From: Chloroflexota bacterium
Lineage (GTDB): Bacteria > Chloroflexota > Dehalococcoidia > Bin125
Length of the DNA: 64,000 nucleotides
Direction: 5' to 3'
NCBI GenBank assembly: GCA_028873865.1
Contig: JAPPNI010000030.1
Coordinates: forward strand, 85,268-149,267
Every line of letters begins with the position of its first letter. The stretch's first letter is position 1. Of the stretch, positions 50,803 to 60,602 are shown piece by piece. Both the position numbers and the translations under genes were made by a program. The notes under the pieces are model-generated. The model was not told the origin of the DNA, searched no databases, and saw nothing but the letters and a program-made list of their open reading frames with translations.

Positions 50803-52458
50803 CTAATGCAACCGCTTGATCAACACGTCAGATCCACTGGCATCTCGCCGATAGTAGCGATACCCCGCCGATTTGTACTGTTCTTCGCTCAGCCCCGAGA
50901 CAGTCTGAACAGTTAAGCACAACCAGCGAATCTCGCGCCCGCCCGCCGAAGCTTCGCACGAGTCGCGCAACCGCTCGGCGACACTGCCCGGCGCATCCGG
51001 TCGGGCAGCAAGGCAGCGAATCATTGCTCGTCCGTCGTCGCCGAACTCCACGGCCGCAACACCGAGGATGTCCTCCTGCTCCTGTCTGCCATTGCCATCC
51101 TCGACTCGTGGTGTCTGGACGGAAGCCAGCCAGACGACTGCGTCGCCTGCCAGTGCCTGAGCCAACAACTCGTCACATGTCGGCGCGAGGCCGGCGACCT
51201 GCGCAGCCAGTAGTTGGTCCACGGCGTCGGCGTCCGCCTGCCCGGCGGGACGTATCCGGACATCCAGTTCTCGCTCGGGATCGCTGGGATAGCCGCTGAT
51301 CAGCAAGTCGGCGCCAAGCCGCTCAACGGTCATGTGGTTCAGGCGCAACACATCACGCATCCGTTTGGCGCCCTGTCCGCGTACGGCGGCCTGTGCATCC
51401 CCGCCGATGATCATCGGCGCCACCACTGCCGTCACCTTGTTGACCAGACGCTGGTCAAAAAAAGAACCCAGCACGTCGCCCCCACCCTCGACCAGCAGAC
51501 CGACCACCCCGCGCTCCTGGCCCAGCAGATCGAGGAGCGCCGGCAGTGACACTCGTCCGTTCTCGTCGGCCGGCAGCACAGCCACATCGATCTTTCGGGA
51601 GGCCATCGCCTCACGCCACTCCGCGCTCGCGGACACGGTGGCGATCAGCGTCGGCGATGACGAAACGTCCTCAAGCACTCTGCTGTCAAGCGGCGTCCGG
51701 CCACGACTGTCGACCACCACGCGCAAGGGCTGCGGCACCGGACCGTTCCAGCGCTCCGGACGAGCGGTCAGCTGCGGATCGTCAACGATGATCGTCTCCA
51801 CCCCGACCAGCATGGCGTCGAACAGTGGCCGGTTCTGGTGCGCCCACTGGAGCGTCTGCGGCCCCGAGATCCAGCGCGAGTCGCCGCTCGTCGAGGCGAT
51901 CCGGCCGTCCAGCGACGCGGCGAACTTCGCCGTCACAAACGGCCGCCCGGTTCGCCGGTGATGCGCGTAGGCTTCGTAGTGGGCTGCCCCTTCGGCGGCC
52001 CCATCGCCGAGGTTGACCTCGATGCCCGCCTCGCGAAGCTGCGCCAGCCCGCGACCGGAGACTCGAGGATCGGGGTCGCCAACGGCGACGACCACGCGCG
52101 CCACCCCCGCCTTGATGATCGCCTCCGTACAGGGCGGCGTCCGCCCGAAGTGAGCGCACGGTTCAAGGGTGACGTACATCGTCGAGCCCCGAGCGAGGTC
52201 GCCTGCCTGCCGCAGAGCCATCACCTCCGCATGCGGACCGCCCGAGCGCTTGTCGGACCCCGATTGGTGCGGGCGGCCGTGTCGCGAGGACGGATCGGAA
52301 CTCCCCGGAGGCTGCGTCGCACCCTCGCCCACGACTCGCGAACCGCGGGCGACGACCGCGCCCACAGCGGGATTGGGGCTCGTCGTACCGCGCACGGCGC
52401 GGGCCAGCTCGAATGCCCGCAACATCAGGCGTGAGCTGCCGGCCGAGCGCGCGCTCAT
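50803..52458 (-). CDS. ribD: riboflavin biosynthesis deaminase/reductase RibD fused to a C-terminal GNAT-like domain (likely start at MLRAFELA, 52425)
   Basis: CDA zinc motif HAEV...PCAHFGRTPPC, a RibD_C reductase domain, and ~150 extra C-terminal residues with an acetyltransferase-like LSEEQYKSAGYRYYRRD. Confidence 0.8.
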   Translation of the reverse strand: MSARSAGSSRLMLRAFELARAVRGTTSPNPAVGAVVARGSRVVGEGATQPPGSSDPSSRHGRPHQSGSDKRSGGPHAEVMALRQAGDLARGSTMYVTLEPCAHFGRTPPCTEAIIKAGVARVVVAVGDPDPRVSGRGLAQLREAGIEVNLGDGAAEGAAHYEAYAHHRRTGRPFVTAKFAASLDGRIASTSGDSRWISGPQTLQWAHQNRPLFDAMLVGVETIIVDDPQLTARPERWNGPVPQPLRVVVDSRGRTPLDSRVLEDVSSSPTLIATVSASAEWREAMASRKIDVAVLPADENGRVSLPALLDLLGQERGVVGLLVEGGGDVLGSFFDQRLVNKVTAVVAPMIIGGDAQAAVRGQGAKRMRDVLRLNHMTVERLGADLLISGYPSDPERELDVRIRPAGQADADAVDQLLAAQVAGLAPTCDELLAQALAGDAVVWLASVQTPRVEDGNGRQEQEDILGVAAVEFGDDGRAMIRCLAARPDAPGSVAERLRDSCEASAGGREIRWLCLTVQTVSGLSEEQYKSAGYRYYRRDASGSDVLIKRLH

Positions 52459-53620
52459 GCTCGTCGGCGGCGATCGACAATCGTGAGCACCAGCCAGAAC
52501 ACGGCGGAGCTGATCGCAATGGCGGCGAGCACGATCTGGACGGGCAGTTCCCAGGACGGATCCCTGGCCAGCTGAACCGTCGATGAGCGGGGCCGCTGCT
52601 CCAGCGGCCAGTCGGACTCGCCCCGCGCCACCGAGGTCGCGACGGAACGCGTCTCCGTGTCTTCAGCCAGCGCCCGGTCGTCGTCCGAGGATCTTCCCGC
52701 CTGCGCTTCGACCGCGCTCGATCGACTCCCGGAGTCCTGCGCCACCGTCGCATCGGCTGCCTGCTCTTGCGCGTCGTCTTCCCGGCTCGCGGCAGCGGCT
52801 ACAGCCTCTTCCGCCTCTTCCTCCTGTGCAACGACATCCTCCACATTGACGCTCTTGGATTCGCCGGTCCCGCTGCTGCGACCAGCGGTCAAGGCCCGGC
52901 GCGATGGGTCTGCCGCAGACTCGTCAACTACCGCCTCTTCAACCTCTTGCTGCGCCTGTTCCTCCTGGTATGCCTCAGCCTGCTGTTCGGCCTGTTCCTG
53001 TTCGATCGCCTCCTCAGCGGCCTCTTCCTCGTCCTCTACGGACGCCACTGCCGCGACCGCGACCTGTTCGTCGTCCTGCTGCGCCTCGTCCGCCAGGGCG
53101 GCGACGGTCTCAGACTCACCCGACGCCGGCGAAGCAGCCTCATCAGCCGCCTCCCGAGCCTGCGTCTGCACCTCGACCGCCTGGGTCACGACCGACGCCG
53201 TCGGAACCAGGGTCGCCTGCGCATCAGCCGATGTCGTCGTGAAGTTAACCGTTGGGGAATCGACCGCGTCGAAAACCATCACCGCGGCGAACGTCGCGAC
53301 GCCGACCGCCGCAGTGGACATCGATAGTCGCAGGGCCCGAGTCGTGCTCGCCGGTTGTACCGATATCTGCGTGGTGTCGTTGAGCATCTCAGTCGTGAGC
53401 TGGAATGGAACCTCGCCTGGCGCTGCCTCGAAGCTGCGCAGCACCGAGCGCATACGCTGCAGGTCGGCCAGGTACTCCTGCATCTCGACCGACTCGGCCA
53501 GCCTCGACTCCACCCGCGCTCGATCTCGAGGCGAAAGTTCCCCATCCATGTACGCCGAGATGTCCTCGCGCCAGTCGACGCGGTGCGGCAACAGCGAGGA
53601 GATCAATCGCCACGTCATCT
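52455..53620 (-). CDS. putative anti-sigma factor (N-terminal anti-sigma domain, TM helix, long acidic Ala/Glu/Gln-rich extracytoplasmic tail, C-terminal hydrophobic helix)
   Basis: ISAYMDGELSPRDRARVESRL anti-sigma N-domain signature; lies directly downstream of the ECF sigma gene. Start set at MTWRLISS; the ORF extends to 53774. Confidence 0.6.
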
Positions 53621-53830
53621 CACACCGACCCCGGAATCCACCTCTACGCCGACAACGGCCAGCTGCTGGGTACGTCCCTCGTCTACAAATGTAGACGCTC
53701 CTCCGGGCGAAATAGTTCCACAACTGGCCTCGGTCATCGACAGTGGACCGGTGTCGCCGGCAACATAACGACACGGATCACCGCGCCGGCGACAAAGCCC
53801 GCACCCCCTCGGCCCTCAACGCCCCAACCG

Positions 53831-54559
53831 CTAACCATCGGCATCGGACAACTCCTTCGACTGCCGCTCGTTGAGGAAATCCCTCATCGCCGAGCGTCCG
53901 CGGCTGATACGTGATTTCACCGTGCCCATCGACCAGCCGGTGGCATCCACAATCTCGCGATACTCCATGTCGGCGACGTCCCGGTAGAAGACCGCGCGTC
54001 GCTGCTCTTCCGGCAGGGACTCCAACGCCTCTCGCAGCGTTCCGCTCAGTTCGATGTTGAGCAGGTGCTCGTCCAGGGAACGCTCGCCCGACTCCGGCGC
54101 AAACTGGTCGCCAAGCGAATCGGTCAGTCGGTCGAGCGACGTCGTCGGTCGCCGCTGCCGCTGGCGCAGATGGTCGAAGCACGTGCGCCGCGCGATCACT
54201 CCCAGCCAGGCCGGGAACTTACCCCGCTGCTTGTACGTGTTCAGCCGGTCCCACGCCTTGATGAACGACTCCTGCATCAGGTCGTCGGCGTCGGCCATCC
54301 CAACGATCCCGCGGCAGGTCGCGCGCACGCGCGTTTGATGACGCAGCACCAGAATGTTGAACGCGTCGAGCCGCCCGTCCAGCGAGACGGCGACCAACTG
54401 GTCGTCATCCAGGACATCGAGATCCGGTTGACCGCCCGGACGGTTCACCAAAGCGCTCCCCTGCTGTCGCCCGCTCGCCGGAAACCTCCGGCCGCGTCCG
54501 AGCGGGCGGAGCCTGTGGGACACTGCGTCCATGCCGCTCGTCGATCCAGGCCCAATCAT
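53831..54559 (-). CDS. ECF (sigma-70 family group IV) RNA polymerase sigma factor; real start probably internal (GTG near 54448 or ATG 54532)
   Basis: Region 2 (DDQLVAVSLDGRLDAFNILVLRHQTRV; FIKAWDRLNTY) and region 4 (YREIVDATGWSMGTVKSRISRGRSAM). Confidence 0.8.
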   Translation of the reverse strand: MIGPGSTSGMDAVSHRLRPLGRGRRFPASGRQQGSALVNRPGGQPDLDVLDDDQLVAVSLDGRLDAFNILVLRHQTRVRATCRGIVGMADADDLMQESFIKAWDRLNTYKQRGKFPAWLGVIARRTCFDHLRQRQRRPTTSLDRLTDSLGDQFAPESGERSLDEHLLNIELSGTLREALESLPEEQRRAVFYRDVADMEYREIVDATGWSMGTVKSRISRGRSAMRDFLNERQSKELSDADG

Positions 54560-55364
54560 CGCACAAGCTCATCAGAGCGGTCGCGCAGTCATCGGCGCAA
54601 ACGTGTCCACCATCCAGATGGTCCGCGCCGTGGTGCAAGCCGCCGAGACCGCGCAACGACCGGTCCTGATCCAGTTCAATCGATCAGGCCTTGGCCTGAT
54701 CGGCGGAGTCGATGTCGCCGCCCTCATGGTCAAATCGATCGCGGACGAGTCGGATGCGCAGATCGCGTTGCACCTCGATCACGCCGATACGCTTGACGAG
54801 CTCACAGCCGCGATCAACGCCGGATTCGGCTCCGTCATGATCGACGGGTCCACTCTTCCCTTTGAACAACACCTGACCCTGGCCCAGTCGGCAAAGGGCC
54901 TGACGACCTGGTCCCGGTTGCCGTTGGAGGCAGAGCTGGGACACGTCGCCGGAGACGAGGCCGGCGTCACGATCGGCGAGGCGTCCTGGACCGACCCCGA
55001 TCAGGCAGCCCGCTTCGTTGACGCCACCGGTGTCGATTGGCTGGCCGTCGCCGTCGGCAACACCCACGGAGGCTCCGCCATCGGGGGACTACAGGCCGAA
55101 CGCCTCCAGGCGATCCGCGACGCCGTGTCTGTGCCCCTGGTGCTGCACGGCGCGAGCGGGCTGACCGACGATGAGTTGGCAACGGCGGTCGAGTTGGGTG
55201 TCGCCAAGATCAATGTCGGCACCGCCCTCCACCAGGCCGCAGCGCAAGGTATGGCCGATTGGCTGGAAGACCGCCCGCAAGACCTGCGTGGAGCGCTCGC
55301 TGCCGCCGAGGAGCGAGTCGCCGAATCCGCGCAATCGTTGCTCACTGCGGCGTGGGCGCTGTAG
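54531..55364 (+). CDS. class II fructose-bisphosphate / tagatose-bisphosphate aldolase family protein
   Basis: MPLV N-terminus, AVIGANVST..., LHLDHA and metal-binding His residues of class II aldolases. Confidence 0.8.
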   Translation: MPLVDPGPIIAQAHQSGRAVIGANVSTIQMVRAVVQAAETAQRPVLIQFNRSGLGLIGGVDVAALMVKSIADESDAQIALHLDHADTLDELTAAINAGFGSVMIDGSTLPFEQHLTLAQSAKGLTTWSRLPLEAELGHVAGDEAGVTIGEASWTDPDQAARFVDATGVDWLAVAVGNTHGGSAIGGLQAERLQAIRDAVSVPLVLHGASGLTDDELATAVELGVAKINVGTALHQAAAQGMADWLEDRPQDLRGALAAAEERVAESAQSLLTAAWAL

Positions 55365-55439
55365 GACCGGGCGCACCGCCAACTTCGCTACGATCCGCCA
55401 CACGAGGCCCCGAGCGGGGACACGCGGAGGATACGAGCC

Positions 55440-57824
55440 ATGCTCAGCGATTATCGAATTCTCGATCTGACGGACGATCGCGGCCTGATCGGCGGAATGA
55501 TCCTGGCCGACCTCGGCGCCGATGTGATCGCGATCGAGCCTCCCGGCGGCAATGCCGCCCGCCAACGCGGCCCCTTCGCCGACGGCTCCAACCAGGGCGG
55601 TATCGAAGACTCCCTGACCTGGCAGTCCTACGCCCGAGGCAAGCGCTCGGTCGTCCTGGATCTGGAGTCCGACGACGGTCGCGCACAGTTCATTGAGCTC
55701 GCGCGCTCGGCCGACGCGGTCATCGAGTCGGCCGACGTCGGCGGCATGGATTCTCTCGGCCTCGGCTATGAGACGCTCTCTTCCGTCAACCCTGGCCTGG
55801 TCTACGTCGCCATCACCCCCTTTGGCTCCACCGGACCCAAGGCCGGCTGGGCCGCGACCGACATCACCGTCGCCGCCGCAGCCGGACCGATGATCCAGAG
55901 CGGCGACAAAGACCGACCGCCGCTCCGAGTCGGATTGCCGCAGACCGCCCTACACGCCGGCGCGGAGGCGGCGCTGGCCGTCCTCATGGCCCTGCACGAG
56001 CGCCAGCGTTCCGGACGTGGACAGTTCGTCGATGTCTCCGCCCAGGCCGCCTACGCCCAGGCGACGCAGTCCGGAATCGTTGCCGCTGCCAACAACTCCG
56101 GCCAGTTCACACGCTCAGCCGTCGGCGCAGCCCTCGGCCCACTTGAGATCCGGCTCTTCTGGCCCTGCAAGGATGGCCACGTCGCGATCACATATCTGTT
56201 TGGCGCGGCGATCGGCCCCTTCACCGACCGACTCATGCAGTACGCCCTCGAGGAGGGCTACTGCGACCAGGCCACCCGCGACAAGGACTGGCTCAACTAC
56301 ACCAACCTCATCCTCAGCGGACAGGAACCGATCAGCGAGTACCTCCGCTGCTGTGACGTGATCGGCGCGCTCTGCGCCGACAAGACCAAGGCCGAGCTGT
56401 TCCAGGTCGCGCAGGAGCGTCGCCTCCTCCTGGTCCCGGTTTCAACGATGGACGACCTCGATGAAAACGAGCACCTCGCCGCCCGCTCCTACTGGCGCGC
56501 AGTCGAGCGCGACGGTCAGACGGTTAAGTTTCCAGGACCGTTCGCCCGTCTCTCCGAGACGCCGATCCAGTACGGCCGCTCCGCGCCGATGCTCGGCGAA
56601 CACACCGATGAAGTCCTCGCCGAAACGCGTCCCGCAGCGAGTCTGCACGCCGCCAACGGCTCCGGCGACTCGGCGCCGACCGCCCCACCCCTCTCCGACC
56701 TCAACATGCTTGACCTGATGTGGGTCATGGCCGGACCGGCTGGGACGCGAGCGCTCTGCGACTTCGGCGTCAACACGGTGCGAATCGAATCCAGCACCCG
56801 GATCGACACCGCCCGCACCCTGCAGCCGTTCATCGACGACGAAGCCACCCAACCCGAGGGCTCGTCGATGTTCCACAACATGAACGCCGGCAAACGCATG
56901 ATCACCGTCGACCCGGCCAACCCCGAAGGCCGCAAACTGATCCTCGACCTCGTCCGCTGGGCCGACATCGTGACCGAGTCCTTCACGCCCCGCGCCATGC
57001 GCGGCTGGGATCTGACCTGGGACACCATCCACGAGGTCAACCCGCGCGCGATCATGATGTCCTCCTGCCTCATGGGACAGGATGGCCCCCTGGCCGAGTT
57101 CGCGGGCTTCGGTAATCTCGCCGCCGCCTTCGCCGGCTTCACCCCGCTCTGCGGCTGGCCCGACCGCTCGCCTGCCGGACCCTTCGGCGCATACACCGAC
57201 TACGTCGCCCCGCGCTTCGCCTCCGCCGCCCTCTTGGCCGCCCTCGACGAGCGCGACCGCACCGGACAAGGCCAGTACATCGACATCTCGCAGATGGAAG
57301 CCGCCATCCACTTCCTCACCCCAGCCTTCCTCCAGTACCGCCTCACCGGCGAGAAGTGGCTCGCCGACGGCAACAACGACCCCGACATGTCCCCCCACGG
57401 CGTCTTCCCCTCCCAGGGCGAAGATCAATGGGTCGCCATCGCCTGCCGAGACGACGCCGACCGCGCCGCCCTGGAATCCGTGCTCAACGGCCAGTCGTTG
57501 GAAGAATGGACCGCCGCCCGCTCGAACGAGGAAGCCATGAACGCGCTCCAGGCCGTCGGCGTGCCCGCCCACGCCGTCCAGGACTCCGCCGCCTGCTTCG
57601 CCGACCCCCAGCTCCAGCACCGCAACCACTTCGTCCAGCTCGCCCATCCGACGCAAGGACAGTCGGTCGTCGAGGGAGCCAGGATCGTCTTCGGCCGTAC
57701 CCCCGCCGGCCGACCCCAGGTCGCCCCGACCATGGGCGCCGACAACGACACCGTCCTCCGTGACCTCCTCGGCTACACCGACGAGCAGGTCATCGAGCTG
57801 GTAGCGTCTGGCGCGTTGCAGTAA
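55440..57824 (+). CDS. family III CoA-transferase (CaiB/BaiF), single-chain tandem fusion of two domains; paralogue of 41870..44203
   Basis: MLSDYRILDLTDDRGLIGGMILADLGADVIAIE and a second LNMLDLMWVMAGPAGTRALCDFGVNTVRIE CoA_transf_3 start; 794 aa. Confidence 0.8.
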   Translation: MLSDYRILDLTDDRGLIGGMILADLGADVIAIEPPGGNAARQRGPFADGSNQGGIEDSLTWQSYARGKRSVVLDLESDDGRAQFIELARSADAVIESADVGGMDSLGLGYETLSSVNPGLVYVAITPFGSTGPKAGWAATDITVAAAAGPMIQSGDKDRPPLRVGLPQTALHAGAEAALAVLMALHERQRSGRGQFVDVSAQAAYAQATQSGIVAAANNSGQFTRSAVGAALGPLEIRLFWPCKDGHVAITYLFGAAIGPFTDRLMQYALEEGYCDQATRDKDWLNYTNLILSGQEPISEYLRCCDVIGALCADKTKAELFQVAQERRLLLVPVSTMDDLDENEHLAARSYWRAVERDGQTVKFPGPFARLSETPIQYGRSAPMLGEHTDEVLAETRPAASLHAANGSGDSAPTAPPLSDLNMLDLMWVMAGPAGTRALCDFGVNTVRIESSTRIDTARTLQPFIDDEATQPEGSSMFHNMNAGKRMITVDPANPEGRKLILDLVRWADIVTESFTPRAMRGWDLTWDTIHEVNPRAIMMSSCLMGQDGPLAEFAGFGNLAAAFAGFTPLCGWPDRSPAGPFGAYTDYVAPRFASAALLAALDERDRTGQGQYIDISQMEAAIHFLTPAFLQYRLTGEKWLADGNNDPDMSPHGVFPSQGEDQWVAIACRDDADRAALESVLNGQSLEEWTAARSNEEAMNALQAVGVPAHAVQDSAACFADPQLQHRNHFVQLAHPTQGQSVVEGARIVFGRTPAGRPQVAPTMGADNDTVLRDLLGYTDEQVIELVASGALQ

Positions 57825-57849
57825 ATCCGGTACCCACAGGAACAGCGAC

Positions 57850-58749
57850 ATGGCAACCCACCACCCCGAGCGAATCATCGAAGGCAACGGCATCTAAATC
57901 TGCACCGACGCCTTCGGCGATCCCGACGACCCCTGCATCCTCCTCGTCATGGGCGCCGGCGCATCCATGCTCCGCTGGGAAGTCGACCTCTGCAGCCAGC
58001 TCGCCGACGGCGGACGCTTCGTCATCCGCTACGACAACCGCGACACCGGCAAGACCACCAGCTGCCCGCTCGGCGAGCCCAACTACACCCTCGCCGACAT
58101 GGCCGCCGACGGCGTCGCCGTCCTCGACGCCTACGGCATCGAGAAAGCGCACATCGTCGGCGCATCGATGGGCGGCATGATCACCCAGATGATCGGCCTC
58201 AATCACCCCGACCGCGCCCTCACCCTCACCCCGATCATGTCAACCCCCGACCCCGGCGCGACCCTCGAAGCCTCCGACGCCTTCGACTCCGGTGGCCACC
58301 GCGAAACCCTCTCCCCGCCGACATCCGAAATCCTCGAGGCCATCGGCGCCATGGCCGGCCTCGACTGGACCGACCGCGACACCGTCATCGGCGTCCAGAT
58401 GCAGATGGTCCGCGCCCTCGCCGGCTCGAAGTACCCCGACGACGGCTCGCTCGGCGAGGACTTCTTCGCCGCCGACTTCGACCGCGCCATCAACTACGCC
58501 AGCAGCTTCAACCACGGACCCGCCATCGCCGGCTCCGAGCCCTGGTCGCACCGCCTCAAGGACCTCGACATCCCCACCCTCGTCATCCACGGCAACGACG
58601 ACCCCATCCTCCCCTACGACCACGGACAGGCCCTCCACGCCGCCATCCCCGGCTCGAAAATGCTCACCATGGACGGCGTCGGCCACGAACTCCCCCGACC
58701 CGTCTGGGACACCGTCATCCCCGCCATCCTCGATCACACCAGCAGCTAG
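57850..58749 (+). pseudogene. alpha/beta hydrolase interrupted by an in-frame TAA at 57895-57897 (MATHHPERIIEGNGI*ICTDAFGDPDDPCILLVMGAG...)
   Basis: ORFs 57850..57897 and 57949..58749 share a frame. The conserved hydrolase N-terminus (ERIIEGNGI-x-ICTDAFGDP) spans the stop codon. Confidence 0.5.
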
Positions 58750-59336
58750 GACGACCGCCGATACACCGACATCACCACCCCGTTCCCCGTCGACCCCGTT
58801 CGCAACAGCTCCAGACTCCCCGGCACAACCCCATCCGCAAACAACCGCTTCCCATCTCCGACCACGACCGGAAACACCCACAGCCGAAACTCATCGATCA
58901 GCTCATGCGCCAGTAGCGTCTGGATCAACTCCGCGCTCCCATGCACCTGGATCAACGGACCATCCCCCGACTTCAGCCGCCCGACCTCCCCGACCAGATC
59001 ATCGCCAATCCGAGTCGCCGGCCCCCACGCCAACGGATGCGACGCCGTCCGCGCCGCCACATACTTGTGACCCCCATTCAGCCGCGCCGCCACCGGATCC
59101 TCTTCGGGATCCACGTTGGGCCAGTGCGAGGCAAACACGTCGTACGTCCGCCGACCGAACAGCAAATCGTACGGCGCCGACATCGCCTCCGCATACACCT
59201 GCGGCATCACCTGCTCCCAGTACGGAGCGCCCCAGCCGCCAGCCGCAAACCCGCCCGACGCGTCCTCCTCCGGACTCGTCGGACTCTGCATCACCCCGTC
59301 CAGGGTCACAAAACTCAGAATCGCCAGCTCACGCAT
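58746..59336 (-). CDS. dihydrofolate reductase-like / RibD C-terminal domain family protein (YwjB-like)
   Basis: MRELAILSFVTLDGVMQSP ... LLFGRRTY ... FRLWVFPVVVGDGKRLF. Confidence 0.75.
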   Translation of the reverse strand: MRELAILSFVTLDGVMQSPTSPEEDASGGFAAGGWGAPYWEQVMPQVYAEAMSAPYDLLFGRRTYDVFASHWPNVDPEEDPVAARLNGGHKYVAARTASHPLAWGPATRIGDDLVGEVGRLKSGDGPLIQVHGSAELIQTLLAHELIDEFRLWVFPVVVGDGKRLFADGVVPGSLELLRTGSTGNGVVMSVYRRSS

Positions 59337-59380
59337 CACGAGCCCCAGCCTACCCGCCCCATCCACGGACCGTCCGCCTA

Positions 59381-59457
59381 AACTGGCTGTGGGTCCTTAG
59401 CTCAGTTGGCCAGAGCAGCGGACTTTTAATCCGAAGGTCCTGGGTTCGAGTCCCAGA
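59381..59457 (+). tRNA. tRNA-Lys (anticodon UUU), genome-encoded CCA
   Basis: Folded by hand: 7-bp acceptor stem GGGTCCT/AGGACCC, D arm GCTC/GAGC, anticodon loop CTTTTAA, T arm CTGGG-TTCGAGT-CCCAG, discriminator A then CCA. Confidence 0.85.
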
Positions 59458-59543
59458 GGACCCACCACGTTCACCCAGGCCCAGACGATTCGGCGCGGTT
59501 AGGGCAGGGTCGTATGCTTGGCCGTCCGAACGTGAGAATCTAG

Positions 59544-60539
59544 GTGCGCGCTCAAGGACGAAGGGGATTTGTCGTGGACGAGGAGACATTCATAAGGGGC
59601 CTTAGGCAACACGGCGTGCGAGCTGAGTCGTCAATTCCTGCCAAGATGAGGGAGCTCCTTGACTGTGAGCAGATGGAGCTTGAATCCGTTTTCGTGGAGG
59701 CGAAGCCCAATCTCACCATGACTCTTGTACATCGGGTGGAACTCGGGCAGGGAGATATCCAGGAACGCCCGTCCTCCATTGTGAAGTACTCTCCCGCTCG
59801 CTACGCGCCAGCACGCACCGAACGCCTCAAGATTGCGACAGCGCGTCACTACAGGGAGTTCGAGGGCGGTGGGCCTGGCATTCGGGACGAGCACGATGCT
59901 GTCTATCGGCAATCCATCAAGAGTTTCTTCGAGCGCTGGAATCCCGATGCGTTAACGCTGCTGGCTCCATTCTCCACAACATTCACAGCAGACTCGCGAG
60001 ACTATACGGTGGAAGTCGTTCCGAGCGGAACAGTCAACCGTGCCGCCGACGGCGAGTGGATCTATTGCGCGTCCCTTGAGCCTCGGACGAAGGCCGAGCA
60101 GGACATGATGTTCCAAGAGTTTTCCGCCGATAGTATGACTCGATTTCAGCACCCTACCGATTTGGCCCGAGAGTTGGGCAGCGCCTTCTCGCGTTCTGCA
60201 TCGGCGTTTCCTGTGACATTCGATACCGACGTTGACCAGCTTCAAATCTCCGCCATGAGGGAGCAATCCTCGTTGGAGAAGATTGTACATGTCTACCATG
60301 GACCGGTGGCATACACCGATGACCCGGAGCATCTGATTGAGCCGATCCCTAGCCTTCTACAAGGGTCAGCCGTGCCATTCCTGAAGTCGCCGGAGTTCGG
60401 TCATCAGAGGGAGTATCGATTCGTAATCAGCACAATTGGAGCCCCGAACGAGGAGGTCTTGTACGTGCCCATAACTGACGACCTTAGAGACCTAGTTTTG
60501 GGCACGGAGTACCAATCCGTCTCGGTGGCGGACCGATAG
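59544..60539 (+). CDS. hypothetical protein (331 aa) on a lower-GC islet next to tRNA-Lys
   Basis: Long ORF with roughly 53-55% GC against ~67% in the flanks; no recognisable motif. Confidence 0.55.
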   Translation: MRAQGRRGFVVDEETFIRGLRQHGVRAESSIPAKMRELLDCEQMELESVFVEAKPNLTMTLVHRVELGQGDIQERPSSIVKYSPARYAPARTERLKIATARHYREFEGGGPGIRDEHDAVYRQSIKSFFERWNPDALTLLAPFSTTFTADSRDYTVEVVPSGTVNRAADGEWIYCASLEPRTKAEQDMMFQEFSADSMTRFQHPTDLARELGSAFSRSASAFPVTFDTDVDQLQISAMREQSSLEKIVHVYHGPVAYTDDPEHLIEPIPSLLQGSAVPFLKSPEFGHQREYRFVISTIGAPNEEVLYVPITDDLRDLVLGTEYQSVSVADR

Positions 60540-60602
60540 GAGTCAGCGGGTGTTGTCGCCAGCGTTTCGCCGGGTCAACTGCGACCGATAGGGGCCGATC
60601 AA

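Noticed and set aside
54531-54559. 29-nt divergent overlap between the ECF sigma ORF start and the aldolase start
   Set aside because: This is almost certainly an artefact of taking the longest ORF. The sigma factor most likely starts at an internal GTG/ATG (about 54448-54532), removing the overlap.
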